The translations under genes were made by a program, and so were the position numbers. This document shows, in pieces, positions 12,136 through 21,857 of a DNA stretch of 64,000 bases (its first letter is position 1; the number at the start of each line of letters is the position of its first letter). The stretch comes from Candidatus Krumholzibacteriia bacterium (GTDB lineage Bacteria > Krumholzibacteriota > Krumholzibacteriia > LZORAL124-64-63), in assembly GCA_050174015.1 (NCBI GenBank), contig JBFXKG010000007.1, forward strand, positions 32,001-96,000, given 5' to 3'. Under the pieces are notes generated by a model. The model had not been told where the DNA came from. It made no database searches and saw only the letters and a list, made by a program, of their open reading frames with translations.

Positions 12136-13347
12136 ATGGACGAGACCACCGGCGCGGTCCGCAGCATGTACGAGCAGTACCCCTACCCCTCCGGTCCGGT
12201 CGTCAACCGGATCGGGGCGGACGTCGAACTCGTCCTGAGTTACGGGTCAAGGCGCAGGGAGACGAGCGGCCCCTACCGGGTGCTGGATGCGGGCTGCGGC
12301 CGCGGGCTCGGCCTCCTGGGGGCGGCCACCCTGCAACCGGAGGTGCGGTTCCTGGGCGTGGACGTCAGCCGCGTCTCCCTGGAGGACGCCCGCCGCCAGG
12401 CGGATCAGCGGGGGCTGAAGAACGTGGCTTTCGCCGAGGTGGATCTCATGACCCTGGACGGGCTGGAGGTTCCCCCGGGCGGATTCGACGTGATCCACTC
12501 CTCGGGGGTGCTGCACCACCTGGCCGACCCGCTGGCGGCGCTGGCGGGGCTGAGGGGCGTCCTGGCTCCCCATGGTGTCATCAACCTGATGGTCTACGGG
12601 CGGTGCGGGAGGGAATCCCTGCAGGAACTCGCCGGCGCCGTGGCCCTGCTCTTTCCCCCGGAGGTGGGCCTGGAAGGTCGCCTGCCCGCCGCCCGCGAAG
12701 TCGCCGCCCTTGCCCGCGGTCACGCCCTGGCGGGCACCCGGTTCGAGGACACCGCCGGGGTCGACGACGTGGAGTTCGTCGACCGGATGCTGAACGTCAA
12801 CGAGACGAGCTACGACGTTCCGGCTCTCTTCGACCTGCTGGAGGCCACGGGCTTGACCTTCCTGCGCTGGCTGGAGCCCGCGGACTGGGATCCGCGCCGA
12901 GTGGTTCCCGACGGCGAACTCCGTCGTCGCCTCCTGGACCTGGATCCCCGCCGGCGGTTCACCGTGCTTGAGCGGATCTTCCGGCCCGCGGGGCTGGAAC
13001 TGATCGTCGCCCACGCGGGCAACGAGCCCCGGCCGCCCTTGACCGCCGCCGACCTTTCCAGGGCCCGATTCCGGCTTCATCCCGAGACGGTCGTCACCAA
13101 GGGGGTGCGCCACACCCCGGGCGACATCCGGATCGAGACCCTGAGCTTCACCGTGCGCACGCGGAAGCCCGTGACCCTGGGAGCGGGTCCGGCGGCGGTT
13201 GCAGTCATGCTGATGGCGGAGAGGCCGGGCGCCAGGACGGGGACGGCCTTGCTCTCGGACCTGAAGAGGGCCGGTCTGGGGTCTGCCGAAGCCCAGGCGG
13301 TCATTCTCGAACTTCTGCGCCACGAGGTGATTTTCAGATTACCCTGA
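12136..13347 (+). CDS. Class I SAM-dependent methyltransferase
   Basis: MYEQYPYP N-terminus, VLDAGCGRG motif I, FDVIHSSGVLHHL; start ATG 12136. Confidence 0.85.
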   Translation: MDETTGAVRSMYEQYPYPSGPVVNRIGADVELVLSYGSRRRETSGPYRVLDAGCGRGLGLLGAATLQPEVRFLGVDVSRVSLEDARRQADQRGLKNVAFAEVDLMTLDGLEVPPGGFDVIHSSGVLHHLADPLAALAGLRGVLAPHGVINLMVYGRCGRESLQELAGAVALLFPPEVGLEGRLPAAREVAALARGHALAGTRFEDTAGVDDVEFVDRMLNVNETSYDVPALFDLLEATGLTFLRWLEPADWDPRRVVPDGELRRRLLDLDPRRRFTVLERIFRPAGLELIVAHAGNEPRPPLTAADLSRARFRLHPETVVTKGVRHTPGDIRIETLSFTVRTRKPVTLGAGPAAVAVMLMAERPGARTGTALLSDLKRAGLGSAEAQAVILELLRHEVIFRLP

Positions 13348-13456
13348 CCATGAGATAAAGTGATGTTATTTCAATTGATAAAGATAACGCTTAATCAGGA
13401 CGATGAAAGGTCGATATTATCCCCAGTAACCTGTCGTTTTCCACTGGGGGTTTTCC

Positions 13457-15157
13457 ATGTTCCGATCCTGGAGTCTCAAAACAAAGCTTATGGTCCTCGG
13501 CGTTGTCGGGATCACGGTTCTGGTGTCCGCCCAGGCGGTGGTGAATTACAACCGGATGTGGGATCTCGCCGTCGGGCAGAGTGTCGACAAGACGCGAAGC
13601 GTGGTCCTGATGGCGGAGGCCGCCCGTGAGGAGATGGGCAACAAGTGGGACAGCGGTCTGATCACGCCTGGGATGTTGCGCGAGTGGGCCGATGCCGGGG
13701 AACTCGACAAGGTCGTCGCTGCGGTTCCGGTGATCACGGCCTGGAAGATGGTCGAAGCCAAGGCCGAGGCGGGTGGATTCTCCCTGAAGGTCCCCAAGAA
13801 CCAGCCCAGGAATCCGGACAACGAACCCGATTCCCGAGAGCGGGAGATCCTCGCGATATTCGAGAACGAAGGGCTCGAGGAATACAGCTTCGTGGATCAT
13901 GATCAGAATGCGGTCCGGTATTTCCGTCCCATCCGTCTGACCCGGGAATGCCTGCTTTGTCATGGTGATCCGGCGACCTCGGAGGAAATCTGGGGCAACA
14001 CAGCCGGTCTGGATCCCACCGGTACGCGCATGGAGAACTGGCACGAGGGGGAGGTCCACGGTGCTTTCGAGATCATCCAGTCCCTGGATGCCACCCAGGC
14101 AATGATCCGGGCGACCATGTGGCGGAACCTGCTGATCAGCGCGGTGCTCGGCCTGCTGGGAATGGGCCTTTTCGCCTGGACCATCACCAGCGCCGTCACC
14201 CGACCCATCTTCCGGGTCATATCCCGTCTGCGAAACAACGCCGAACAGGTGAGCGTGTTCTCGGGCCAGGTGGCCGATTCGGGGACCAACCTCGCCAACA
14301 GCGCATCCACCCAGGCTGCGAGCCTGGAGGAGATCAGCGCCTCCCTGACCGAGATCACCCGCCTGACCACGGCCAATGCGGACAAGGCCGACGGCGTGAA
14401 TGAATCGGTCCACCACGTCCAGAACGCAGCCTCTGACGGCAAGGCGGCCATGGGGAGGATGGCCGAGGCCATCGAGAAGATCCGCAAGGGCGCAGAGCAG
14501 TCGACCTCCATCGTCGGCAGCATCGATGCCATCGCCTTCCAGACCAATCTGCTGGCCCTGAATGCGGCCGTCGAGGCCGCCCGGGCCGGCGATGCCGGCA
14601 AGGGCTTCGCCGTGGTGGCCGAAGAGGTCCGCAACCTCGCCAGGCGGAGCGCAGATGCGGCGAGCGACACAACGCGCATCCTCGCCGAATCCGGGGAGAG
14701 TTCCCAGCAGGGCGTGGTCATCGCAGGGGAAGTGGAGAAGTGCCTCGAGCGGATCGCAGCCTGTGTGGACGACATGGAAGCCATGGTCCGTGACGTCTCC
14801 CACGCGAGCATGGAACAGGCCCGGGGCGTGACCGAGATCAACGCGGCCGTAACGGACATGGATCATGTGACCCAGGGCAATGCCGCCAGTGCCGAGGAAT
14901 CGGCGGCCGGGGCCGAGGAACTCGCCGCCCAGGCGGTCGAACTCAACGGGCTGGTGGGGGAACTGGTGGTAGTCGTGGCCGGACGGTCGCCGGGCCGGCC
15001 GGCCTCTTCCGGCCCCGCCACAGGACATGGGGGCAAGCCCGGCGGGGGGGCGTCGGCCGGACGCGGCAAGGGATCGAAACCCCTGCCGAACAGGACTGCC
15101 GGACCCCGGAAGGCTCAGGAAGTCCTCAGGTTGGAGGAAGAGGAGATCCTCATCTGA
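13457..15157 (+). CDS. Methyl-accepting chemotaxis protein with a periplasmic c-type heme (DUF3365/Tll0287-like) domain
   Basis: Two TM helices flanking PRNPDNEPD...RYFRPI...CLLCHG; signalling hairpin IAFQTNLLALNAAVEAARAG...GFAVVAEEVR. Confidence 0.92.
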   Translation: MFRSWSLKTKLMVLGVVGITVLVSAQAVVNYNRMWDLAVGQSVDKTRSVVLMAEAAREEMGNKWDSGLITPGMLREWADAGELDKVVAAVPVITAWKMVEAKAEAGGFSLKVPKNQPRNPDNEPDSREREILAIFENEGLEEYSFVDHDQNAVRYFRPIRLTRECLLCHGDPATSEEIWGNTAGLDPTGTRMENWHEGEVHGAFEIIQSLDATQAMIRATMWRNLLISAVLGLLGMGLFAWTITSAVTRPIFRVISRLRNNAEQVSVFSGQVADSGTNLANSASTQAASLEEISASLTEITRLTTANADKADGVNESVHHVQNAASDGKAAMGRMAEAIEKIRKGAEQSTSIVGSIDAIAFQTNLLALNAAVEAARAGDAGKGFAVVAEEVRNLARRSADAASDTTRILAESGESSQQGVVIAGEVEKCLERIAACVDDMEAMVRDVSHASMEQARGVTEINAAVTDMDHVTQGNAASAEESAAGAEELAAQAVELNGLVGELVVVVAGRSPGRPASSGPATGHGGKPGGGASAGRGKGSKPLPNRTAGPRKAQEVLRLEEEEILI

Positions 15158-15182
15158 ATCCAGGATTTTCCCAGGGGGGGTC

Positions 15183-15208
15183 GGCGGCGGTTCGGCAGAG
15201 CCGCCGCC
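15183..15208. terminator. Hairpin between convergent genes (probable terminator)
   Basis: GGCGGCGGTTC-GGCA-GAGCCGCCGCC stem-loop; no clear U-tract. Confidence 0.5.
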
Positions 15209-15214
15209 CTCGTC

Positions 15215-15796
15215 CTACCGGTAGGTGGCCTTGAGCCGGGACCAGCTCTCCGCCCGCTCGGCGACCGGTTCCAGCGAGACGGCGAGCATGTTGTTCGATT
15301 CGTCGGCCTCGGCCACGGAATCCTCCTCGTCGATGGCCACGGAACAGATCATCTCGTCGTGGTAGGTGAGCGGATGGGCCGGCTCCAGGTAGAGGTACAC
15401 GCACCCGCAACCCATCATGGAGGTGTTGTAGTAGATCATCTGCACGCAGGCGGCGGCAGTCGGCTGGCCGTTGGTGTCCTTGTCCTCGCAATAGCCGTAA
15501 TCGCAGTTGGGCGGGCTGAACATGTTGCAGGTGCTGGGCAGGCTGGTCAGCATGTTGAACGGCCCGCTGCCGACCGGTTGACCGTCGAGATAGTACCGCA
15601 CAGTGGTGCTGATCGGGGCGGCGTAGCCCTGGTCCAGGATGGTGATCTCGGCGGCGACCAGCAGGTCGTTCCCCACGAGGGAGGCCTGCACCGCAGTGAC
15701 CATCAGGTCGACGTCGCCCTGGGCGGATGATACGGCGGGAATCCCCGCCAGGATGGCCGCCGCGGCGGCCAGGATGGGAATCAGTCGGGTATTCAT
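15215..15796 (-). CDS. Secreted CARDB-like Ig-fold protein with Cys-rich insert and C-terminal SWSRLKATYR motif
   Basis: Signal peptide; DLMVTAV...YYLDG...IDEEDSVAEADESNN resembles CARDB; 7 Cys; RBS GAGGGGG upstream. Confidence 0.7.
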   Translation of the reverse strand: MNTRLIPILAAAAAILAGIPAVSSAQGDVDLMVTAVQASLVGNDLLVAAEITILDQGYAAPISTTVRYYLDGQPVGSGPFNMLTSLPSTCNMFSPPNCDYGYCEDKDTNGQPTAAACVQMIYYNTSMMGCGCVYLYLEPAHPLTYHDEMICSVAIDEEDSVAEADESNNMLAVSLEPVAERAESWSRLKATYR

Positions 15797-16030
15797 GATC
15801 GACCCCCTCGCGAACGATAACCAGTTGTCCTTGTCTCGCCTCCTCGGGCTTGTGTCCTTCGTTGCCGCCGTGGGTGTTTGGCGGGAGCGGGGAATCTTAC
15901 GGGGGAACTCCGATGACCCGATCCCTGGTCATCACATTCTAGTCGTCGGCGGGGAGCAGACCGGATGGACCTGCGGATCCTGTTTCCGCAACGGACCGGA
16001 TCGGCTACCATTCCGGGGAAGGAGGCCGTC

Positions 16031-17413
16031 ATGACCGGTGCCGCCCCCCCGGGGGACCACTTCACCACCGTCCGGGACATCGCCCGGCTCATCGCCGCGC
16101 GAGGCGGCCGCGCCCTCCTGGTGGGCGGTTCGGTCCGTGACCGGCTGCTGGGCCTGGAATCCCCCGATTTCGACCTGGAGGTCTTCGGCATCCAGCCACA
16201 GGACCTGATCGAGCTGCTGGAATCCTTCCACCCCGTCGACCCCACCGGCAGGGCCTTCGGCGTCCTCAAGCTCAAGGGCCTGCCCATCGACGTATCGCTG
16301 CCCAGGCGCGAGTCCAAGATCGGCCTGGGGCACCGGGGATTCCTGGTCGATGCGGATCCCTTCCTCCCGCTGGAGGCCGCCGCCGCCCGCCGGGACTTCA
16401 CCATCAACGCCATCGCCGAGGATCCCCTGACCGGGGAGGTCATCGATCCCTTCCAGGGACGCCGGGACCTCGCGGACCGTATCATGCGCCACACGTCGGA
16501 CCAGTTCGGCGAGGACCCGCTCCGGGTGCTGCGCGGCATGCAGTTCATCGCCCGCTTCGGTCTGACCGCAGCCCCCGAGACGGTCCGCCTCTGCCGGGGC
16601 ATCGGGATGGAAGGGCTCGCACCGGAGCGCATCTTCGAGGAATGGCGCAAGCTCATCCTCACGGGAGAAACGCCTGCGCTGGGCCTGGCATTCCTCCGCG
16701 ACACGGGCTGGATCGACCATTTCCCCGAGCTGAAGGCCCTGATCGGCTGTCCCCAGGACCCCCGCTGGCATCCCGAGGGGGACGTCTGGACCCATACCCT
16801 CCATTGCCTGGACGCCTTCGCGGAGGAACGCACCGGGGACGACCGGGAGGACCTGGTGGTGGGGCTGGCCGTACTCTGCCACGACCTGGGCAAGCCTGCG
16901 ACGACCATCATCGACCCGGATGCCATCCGATCCCTGGGGCATTGCGAGGCGGGGGAGGAGCCGACCCGCGCGTTCCTCGGCCGCATGACCCGTCAGCTGG
17001 ACCTTGTCGAACAGGTCGTCCCCCTGGTGCGGGAACATCTGCGGCCGGAGGAACTCCACAAGGCGGGGGCCGGCGACGGCGCGATCCGCCGCCTGGCGTC
17101 GCGGGTGGGGAGGATCGATCGCCTGGTGAGGGTGGCGCGGGCGGACCGCCGGGGGCGGCCGCCGCTGGAGGACGACTTCCCCGCCGGCCCCTGGCTCCTG
17201 GAGCGGGCCGAGGCCCTGAAGGTCGAGCGCCGGGCCCCGCGGCCCCTGGTGCAGGGCCGGCACCTGATCGCCCTCGGCCGCACGCCGGGACCCGATTTCG
17301 GGCCCATCCTCGACGTCTGCTACGAGGCGCAGCTGGACGGCGCGTTCACCGACGAGGACGGAGGCTTGGCTTACCTGCGCGCCCTCCTCGCCGGAGGGAC
17401 CGACCGACCCTAG
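16031..17413 (+). CDS. cca: CCA tRNA nucleotidyltransferase with HD domain
   Basis: VGGSVRD..DFDLE, RRDFTINA, EDPLRVLR, ERIFEE, HPEGDVWTHT, HDLGK; GGAGG RBS before ATG 16031. Confidence 0.88.
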   Translation: MTGAAPPGDHFTTVRDIARLIAARGGRALLVGGSVRDRLLGLESPDFDLEVFGIQPQDLIELLESFHPVDPTGRAFGVLKLKGLPIDVSLPRRESKIGLGHRGFLVDADPFLPLEAAAARRDFTINAIAEDPLTGEVIDPFQGRRDLADRIMRHTSDQFGEDPLRVLRGMQFIARFGLTAAPETVRLCRGIGMEGLAPERIFEEWRKLILTGETPALGLAFLRDTGWIDHFPELKALIGCPQDPRWHPEGDVWTHTLHCLDAFAEERTGDDREDLVVGLAVLCHDLGKPATTIIDPDAIRSLGHCEAGEEPTRAFLGRMTRQLDLVEQVVPLVREHLRPEELHKAGAGDGAIRRLASRVGRIDRLVRVARADRRGRPPLEDDFPAGPWLLERAEALKVERRAPRPLVQGRHLIALGRTPGPDFGPILDVCYEAQLDGAFTDEDGGLAYLRALLAGGTDRP

Positions 17414-18423
17414 AAGAAGACCTTCCCGCGGAGCCCCCACATCTCCATCCTGAAGTCATCCACGAGCGTATCGGGATCCCGGTCCAGGATGCAGAAATCG
17501 GCCGCCACTTCCAGCGGCAGCCCGCGCGGCCGGTCCAGGACCATGCCCAATCCCCAGGCCAGGCCGTCGGGTTGCAGTCCGGAGTCCTGGCCGAAGCGGA
17601 ACGCGATGAGTTCCAGCAGCAGCAGTTCCAGGCCGAAGTGGTTGCTGGCGCGGCCGTAGGGCTCGTCGGGCATGATCCGGGCGAACGACAGGGACGTCCG
17701 CACCGGTTGCCGGGCGTACCGGGGGTGGTCGAAACCCGTCGCGAAGGTGAACCCCAGGCGCCAGGCCTCGGGCAGGGGCATTTCCCGGCCGTCGGAGTCG
17801 AGGGTTTCGCCGGTGAGGTTCTGCCGGCTGGCGGTCATCTTCAGGGCGAAATCCCCGCCGGGGTGGACGCCCGGCAGGCACAGGGATGTGCCGAAGTCGT
17901 AGGTGTCGGCCGTTCCGGAGGAGGGGTCCCCATCGTGATGGCGCCTGACGGCCCCGACGGTCCACCGGATGTCCCGTCCCCTGAAGACGAGGTCCCCGAG
18001 GTCGCGGCTGAGGCCCAGGAGGGTGACGCGGTCGGTCCAGGTCCTGAATTCCCCGTCGGGGTCGTACGCCGTCCTGAAGATCCCCTCGAAGGTGAAGCTC
18101 TGCCGGCTGAAATCCAGGCGCCAGCCCCGGTACTCCGCCGAGGCTCCCCAGGAATCGAAGTCCATCTCGTTGGTGTAGGTGGATTGGGCGTAACCACCCC
18201 CGATGCCGTCGCCTCCGGGAAGAGGGGCGGGATTCCGCAACAGGGCTCCCGGACCGGTGTCCCCGGCCAGATCGGCTCCGCCGAGGGCGGCGTTGCGCGG
18301 GCCCTTGAATATGTCCTCCCACATTGTGGCCGTGATGCCGACCTGGGCGAAGCCGGCGGCCGAGGCGAGACCGGGCAGGACCGCGAGCAGGGCGAGCAGG
18401 ATCGTCAGCGAGCGCAGCGTCAT
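17410..18423 (-). CDS. Outer-membrane beta-barrel, PorV/PorQ/FadL-like
   Basis: Signal peptide; GPRNAALGGA...ALLRNPA resembles the G.R..AMGGA...NPAG hatch motif; amphipathic strands; C-terminal Phe. Confidence 0.65.
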   Translation of the reverse strand: MTLRSLTILLALLAVLPGLASAAGFAQVGITATMWEDIFKGPRNAALGGADLAGDTGPGALLRNPAPLPGGDGIGGGYAQSTYTNEMDFDSWGASAEYRGWRLDFSRQSFTFEGIFRTAYDPDGEFRTWTDRVTLLGLSRDLGDLVFRGRDIRWTVGAVRRHHDGDPSSGTADTYDFGTSLCLPGVHPGGDFALKMTASRQNLTGETLDSDGREMPLPEAWRLGFTFATGFDHPRYARQPVRTSLSFARIMPDEPYGRASNHFGLELLLLELIAFRFGQDSGLQPDGLAWGLGMVLDRPRGLPLEVAADFCILDRDPDTLVDDFRMEMWGLRGKVFF

Positions 18424-18491
18424 GAGGTCCACTCCCGAAAAAGAAACCCGGTGGTCACCGGGTTTCAAAATGGTGGAATCCGGGAAACGGG

Positions 18492-21400
18492 TCAAGGATC
18501 GGTGGCCAGGGAGGCCCGTTCCTTCCGGCCGCGGGTCCGCAGCCAGCGCCACAGCCGGGCGAAACCCCAACCCCACCGCGTGAAGATCCAGTAGAAGGCG
18601 GGGAGGGCGCTGAGGATCAGCACGGTGCTGCTGGTCAAACCGCCGATGGAGCTCAACGCCAGGTTCTCCCAGATGTCCTTGCCGCCGGTCAGGTCCTTCT
18701 TGTAGAGCAGGGGCAGCAGGCCGGCGATGGTGGTGCCGCTGGTCAGCAGGATCGAACGCATCTGGATGCGCACGCCCTGCAGGATGGCGTCCCGCAGGAT
18801 TCCCTGGCGCTCAGGTCCCGGCAGGCGCCACAGGTCGAATCCCCCGGACCGGTCCTTGGCCGGGACCTGGTCGGGGCCCAGGCCCCGTCCGGCCACGATC
18901 TCGCGCACCTGCAACCGGAACCGATTGATCAGCAGGATGGCGTTGTTGACCACGATGCCGAACATCAGGATCAGTCCGATCTTGGCCGACGAGTCGAACT
19001 CGCTGCCGGTGGCCCAGAAGATGCCGGCCACCCCCGACAGGGCCATGGGCACCGAGAGCAGGACCAGCAGCGGCAGGAAGAAGCTCTCGAACATGGCCGC
19101 CAGGGCCATGAAGATGAAGGCGAGGGTGAGCCACAGGGTGGCCTGGAGTTCCTCCTCCTCCTCCTCGGACATCTGCTGGCCGCTCATGTCCTCCACCGTG
19201 TACCCGTAGGGCAGCTCGATCCCGGCGATGATGTCGGCGATGAACTGACGCCGCATGCGGTCGGTGCCGATGTACTCCCAGTTGATGAGCTGGCTGTACC
19301 GCTGGTCGTGGCGGTTGATGCTGCTGATCTCGGGCCGCTGCTCGATGCGGATCAGCCGCCCCAGCTGGACCTTCTGGCCCCGGCTGGTGGTCATGGTGCG
19401 CCCGAGGATCTGGTCGTACTCGATCTCGTCCGCGTCGTCGAAGGTCAGCATCAGGCGCTGGTCCTCGCCGTCGAGCACCATGTGCCAGGGCTGTTCCACG
19501 CCCAGCAGGCGGCGGATGTGGCCCATGACCTCGGCCATGCTCAGGCGGTGCCGGGCCAGGGCCTCGCGGTCGAGGATGACCACGGTCTCGTCGGTCGAAG
19601 CCCGGCTGAACTGGTCCCCGCTGGTCAACCGCGGGTTGCGTACCCGCCGGTTGCGCTCGAGGCGCGCCACCACCCCGTCGCTGATCTCCTTGAGCTTCTT
19701 GCTGTTGTAGCCGTCGAGGCGGATGGTGGAATTGGACTGCCCGCCCCCCCGGCCGCCCTTCATGTAGGGGTCGCCGAACCCGTTGATCCAGATGAACATG
19801 CCGCCGAGCTCCTCGGCCAGCACGATGAACTGGTTGCGGAACATCTCTGGGTAGGCCGACTTGAGCAGGTCGTCCTCGAACTCGAGATTGATCCAGGAGC
19901 GGTTCTGGTACGCGCCGCTGCGCATGTGGGCGCCTTCGGGCAGGGGCAGGACCTCGTCCTCGAACAGGGCGATGGTGGCGCTGCTGAGCTTCACGTCCGT
20001 TCCGACCGGACGCTCGCAGTAGACCACGATCTGCTCCTTGGGCTGGGGGCGCCAGAACCCCCCGGTGCGCACCTTCTCCTTGAAGACGTAGCCGGTTCCG
20101 GCGAACAGGGCCAGGGACACCACCACCGGATAGAACCAGAACCGGGTGTGCAGCCGGGTCAGGCCCTCGGCGTAGCTGACGAAGACCCCCACGCCCAGCA
20201 ACAGGCCGCCGCAGGCCGCGATCCAGGGCAGGATATCGACCGCCGTGTGATTACCCTTCCAGGTCCAGGCGCCTGCGAAGCCGCAGACCGCGAGAATCAG
20301 GATGCCCAGACCCCAGCGCCAGAGCATGGGCCAGCCGGTCAGGCCGAACTCGTCGGCCCCGGCGTCGCTCTGTCGCATCTCCTTCCCCGCGGGACCGCGC
20401 AGGGCCACCGGGATCCAGCAGAAGGCCACGAAGATGCTGGCCAGCATGGCGATGCCCACGCTGATGGCCAGGGGCACGTAGAACAGGGACAGGCGGTCGG
20501 TCATGAAGATGAACGACAGGAAGGCCACCACCGTGGTCAGGGTGGTGGCCATGATGGGGAAGGCCACCTCGCGGGTCCCCTTGATCAGGGCGTTGCGGCT
20601 GTCGGAGTGTTTGTTGCCGGAAAGCCTTCGGTGGATGGCGTCCAGCACCAGGATGCTGTTGTCCAGCAGCATGCCGAAGCTCACGGTCAGCCCGCTGATG
20701 GTGATGAAGTTCACCGAGACGCCGAAGAAGTAGAACAGCGAGAGGCAGATCACGATGGCCAGCAGGATGGAGAAGATGACGATGGCCGTCAGCCTCACCC
20801 GCTTCAACGCCACCGCCAGCATGGCGAACAGGAAGCCCAGGATCACCAGCGAACGGATCACCAGTTCCTCCAGCTTCTCCTCCAGATCCTCCCCCTCGTC
20901 CTGGTCCACCTCGAAGGTCAGGGGGAAGGGGGCCGTCCCGGCGATGCGGGGCAGTTCTTCCCGCAACCGCCGGCTGACCGAGATCGAGTTCTGGCCGCTG
21001 CGCTTGGTCACGCTCATGGTGACCACGTTCTCGCCGTTGATGCGGCTGAAGTAGGCGATGTCCTCGAAGTCGGGCCTCACCTCGGCCACCGTGCCCAGCA
21101 GGATGGGCTGGCCCCCGAGGGTCCGCAGGATGGTGCTCGAGATCATCTCGAGTGACACGTCGTCGCGCACGCTGACCGTCAGCTCGTAGCCGCTGCGGCG
21201 GACGGCGCCGGCGGGGATGATGTCGTCCAGCGAGTTGAGGCGGTCGACGATCCGGTCGGCGGTCAGGCCGTAGCGCTCCATCAGCTCCAGGTTGAGCAGG
21301 ATGCGCACCAGGGGCCGGGCCCCGCCGCGCAGCTCGGCGTCGGCCACCCCGGGAATGGACAGGAACCGCGGCACGAGCCAGGTCTCCGCCCGGTCCCGCA

Positions 21401-21857
21401 ATTCGTTGATGGGCAAGGGGGAGATCAGGCTGACGCTGAAGAAGTCCTGGGTGCGGAGCTCCTCCGGGACGTAGGGCCGGATGAAGGGCTGGCCGGCCTG
21501 GGCCGGCAGATTGCGGCGCACGGCGCCCAGGCGCTCGCTCAGCTCCAGCCGGGCGAATTCCATGTCGGTGCCGCGCTTGTACTTCACCGTGACCGAGCTC
21601 TGGCTGTGCCGGGACTGGGAATCGATGTCCTCGACGCCGTGGCAGCCGGCGACGGCCTCCTCGATGGGCAGGGTGATCGAGCGCTGGATGGCGCTGGGGG
21701 AGGCCCCGTTCCAACCGGTGACGATGGAAAGCTCGGGCAGCTCGGTCTCGGGCATGGCCTCGATGTTCAGCTTCGGCAGCGCGTACAGGCCGGTGACGAT
21801 CAACGCCGTGAACAGCATCCAGGTCGCCACGGGATGATCGACGGCGAAGCGGATCAT
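18492..21857 (-). CDS. RND transporter permease subunit (AcrB/MdtB-like) 2
   Basis: HPVATWM N-terminus, GMLLDNSILV, FESFFLPL, GIVVNNAILL, IGGLTSST; 1121 aa. Confidence 0.93.
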   Translation of the reverse strand: MIRFAVDHPVATWMLFTALIVTGLYALPKLNIEAMPETELPELSIVTGWNGASPSAIQRSITLPIEEAVAGCHGVEDIDSQSRHSQSSVTVKYKRGTDMEFARLELSERLGAVRRNLPAQAGQPFIRPYVPEELRTQDFFSVSLISPLPINELRDRAETWLVPRFLSIPGVADAELRGGARPLVRILLNLELMERYGLTADRIVDRLNSLDDIIPAGAVRRSGYELTVSVRDDVSLEMISSTILRTLGGQPILLGTVAEVRPDFEDIAYFSRINGENVVTMSVTKRSGQNSISVSRRLREELPRIAGTAPFPLTFEVDQDEGEDLEEKLEELVIRSLVILGFLFAMLAVALKRVRLTAIVIFSILLAIVICLSLFYFFGVSVNFITISGLTVSFGMLLDNSILVLDAIHRRLSGNKHSDSRNALIKGTREVAFPIMATTLTTVVAFLSFIFMTDRLSLFYVPLAISVGIAMLASIFVAFCWIPVALRGPAGKEMRQSDAGADEFGLTGWPMLWRWGLGILILAVCGFAGAWTWKGNHTAVDILPWIAACGGLLLGVGVFVSYAEGLTRLHTRFWFYPVVVSLALFAGTGYVFKEKVRTGGFWRPQPKEQIVVYCERPVGTDVKLSSATIALFEDEVLPLPEGAHMRSGAYQNRSWINLEFEDDLLKSAYPEMFRNQFIVLAEELGGMFIWINGFGDPYMKGGRGGGQSNSTIRLDGYNSKKLKEISDGVVARLERNRRVRNPRLTSGDQFSRASTDETVVILDREALARHRLSMAEVMGHIRRLLGVEQPWHMVLDGEDQRLMLTFDDADEIEYDQILGRTMTTSRGQKVQLGRLIRIEQRPEISSINRHDQRYSQLINWEYIGTDRMRRQFIADIIAGIELPYGYTVEDMSGQQMSEEEEEELQATLWLTLAFIFMALAAMFESFFLPLLVLLSVPMALSGVAGIFWATGSEFDSSAKIGLILMFGIVVNNAILLINRFRLQVREIVAGRGLGPDQVPAKDRSGGFDLWRLPGPERQGILRDAILQGVRIQMRSILLTSGTTIAGLLPLLYKKDLTGGKDIWENLALSSIGGLTSSTVLILSALPAFYWIFTRWGWGFARLWRWLRTRGRKERASLATDP

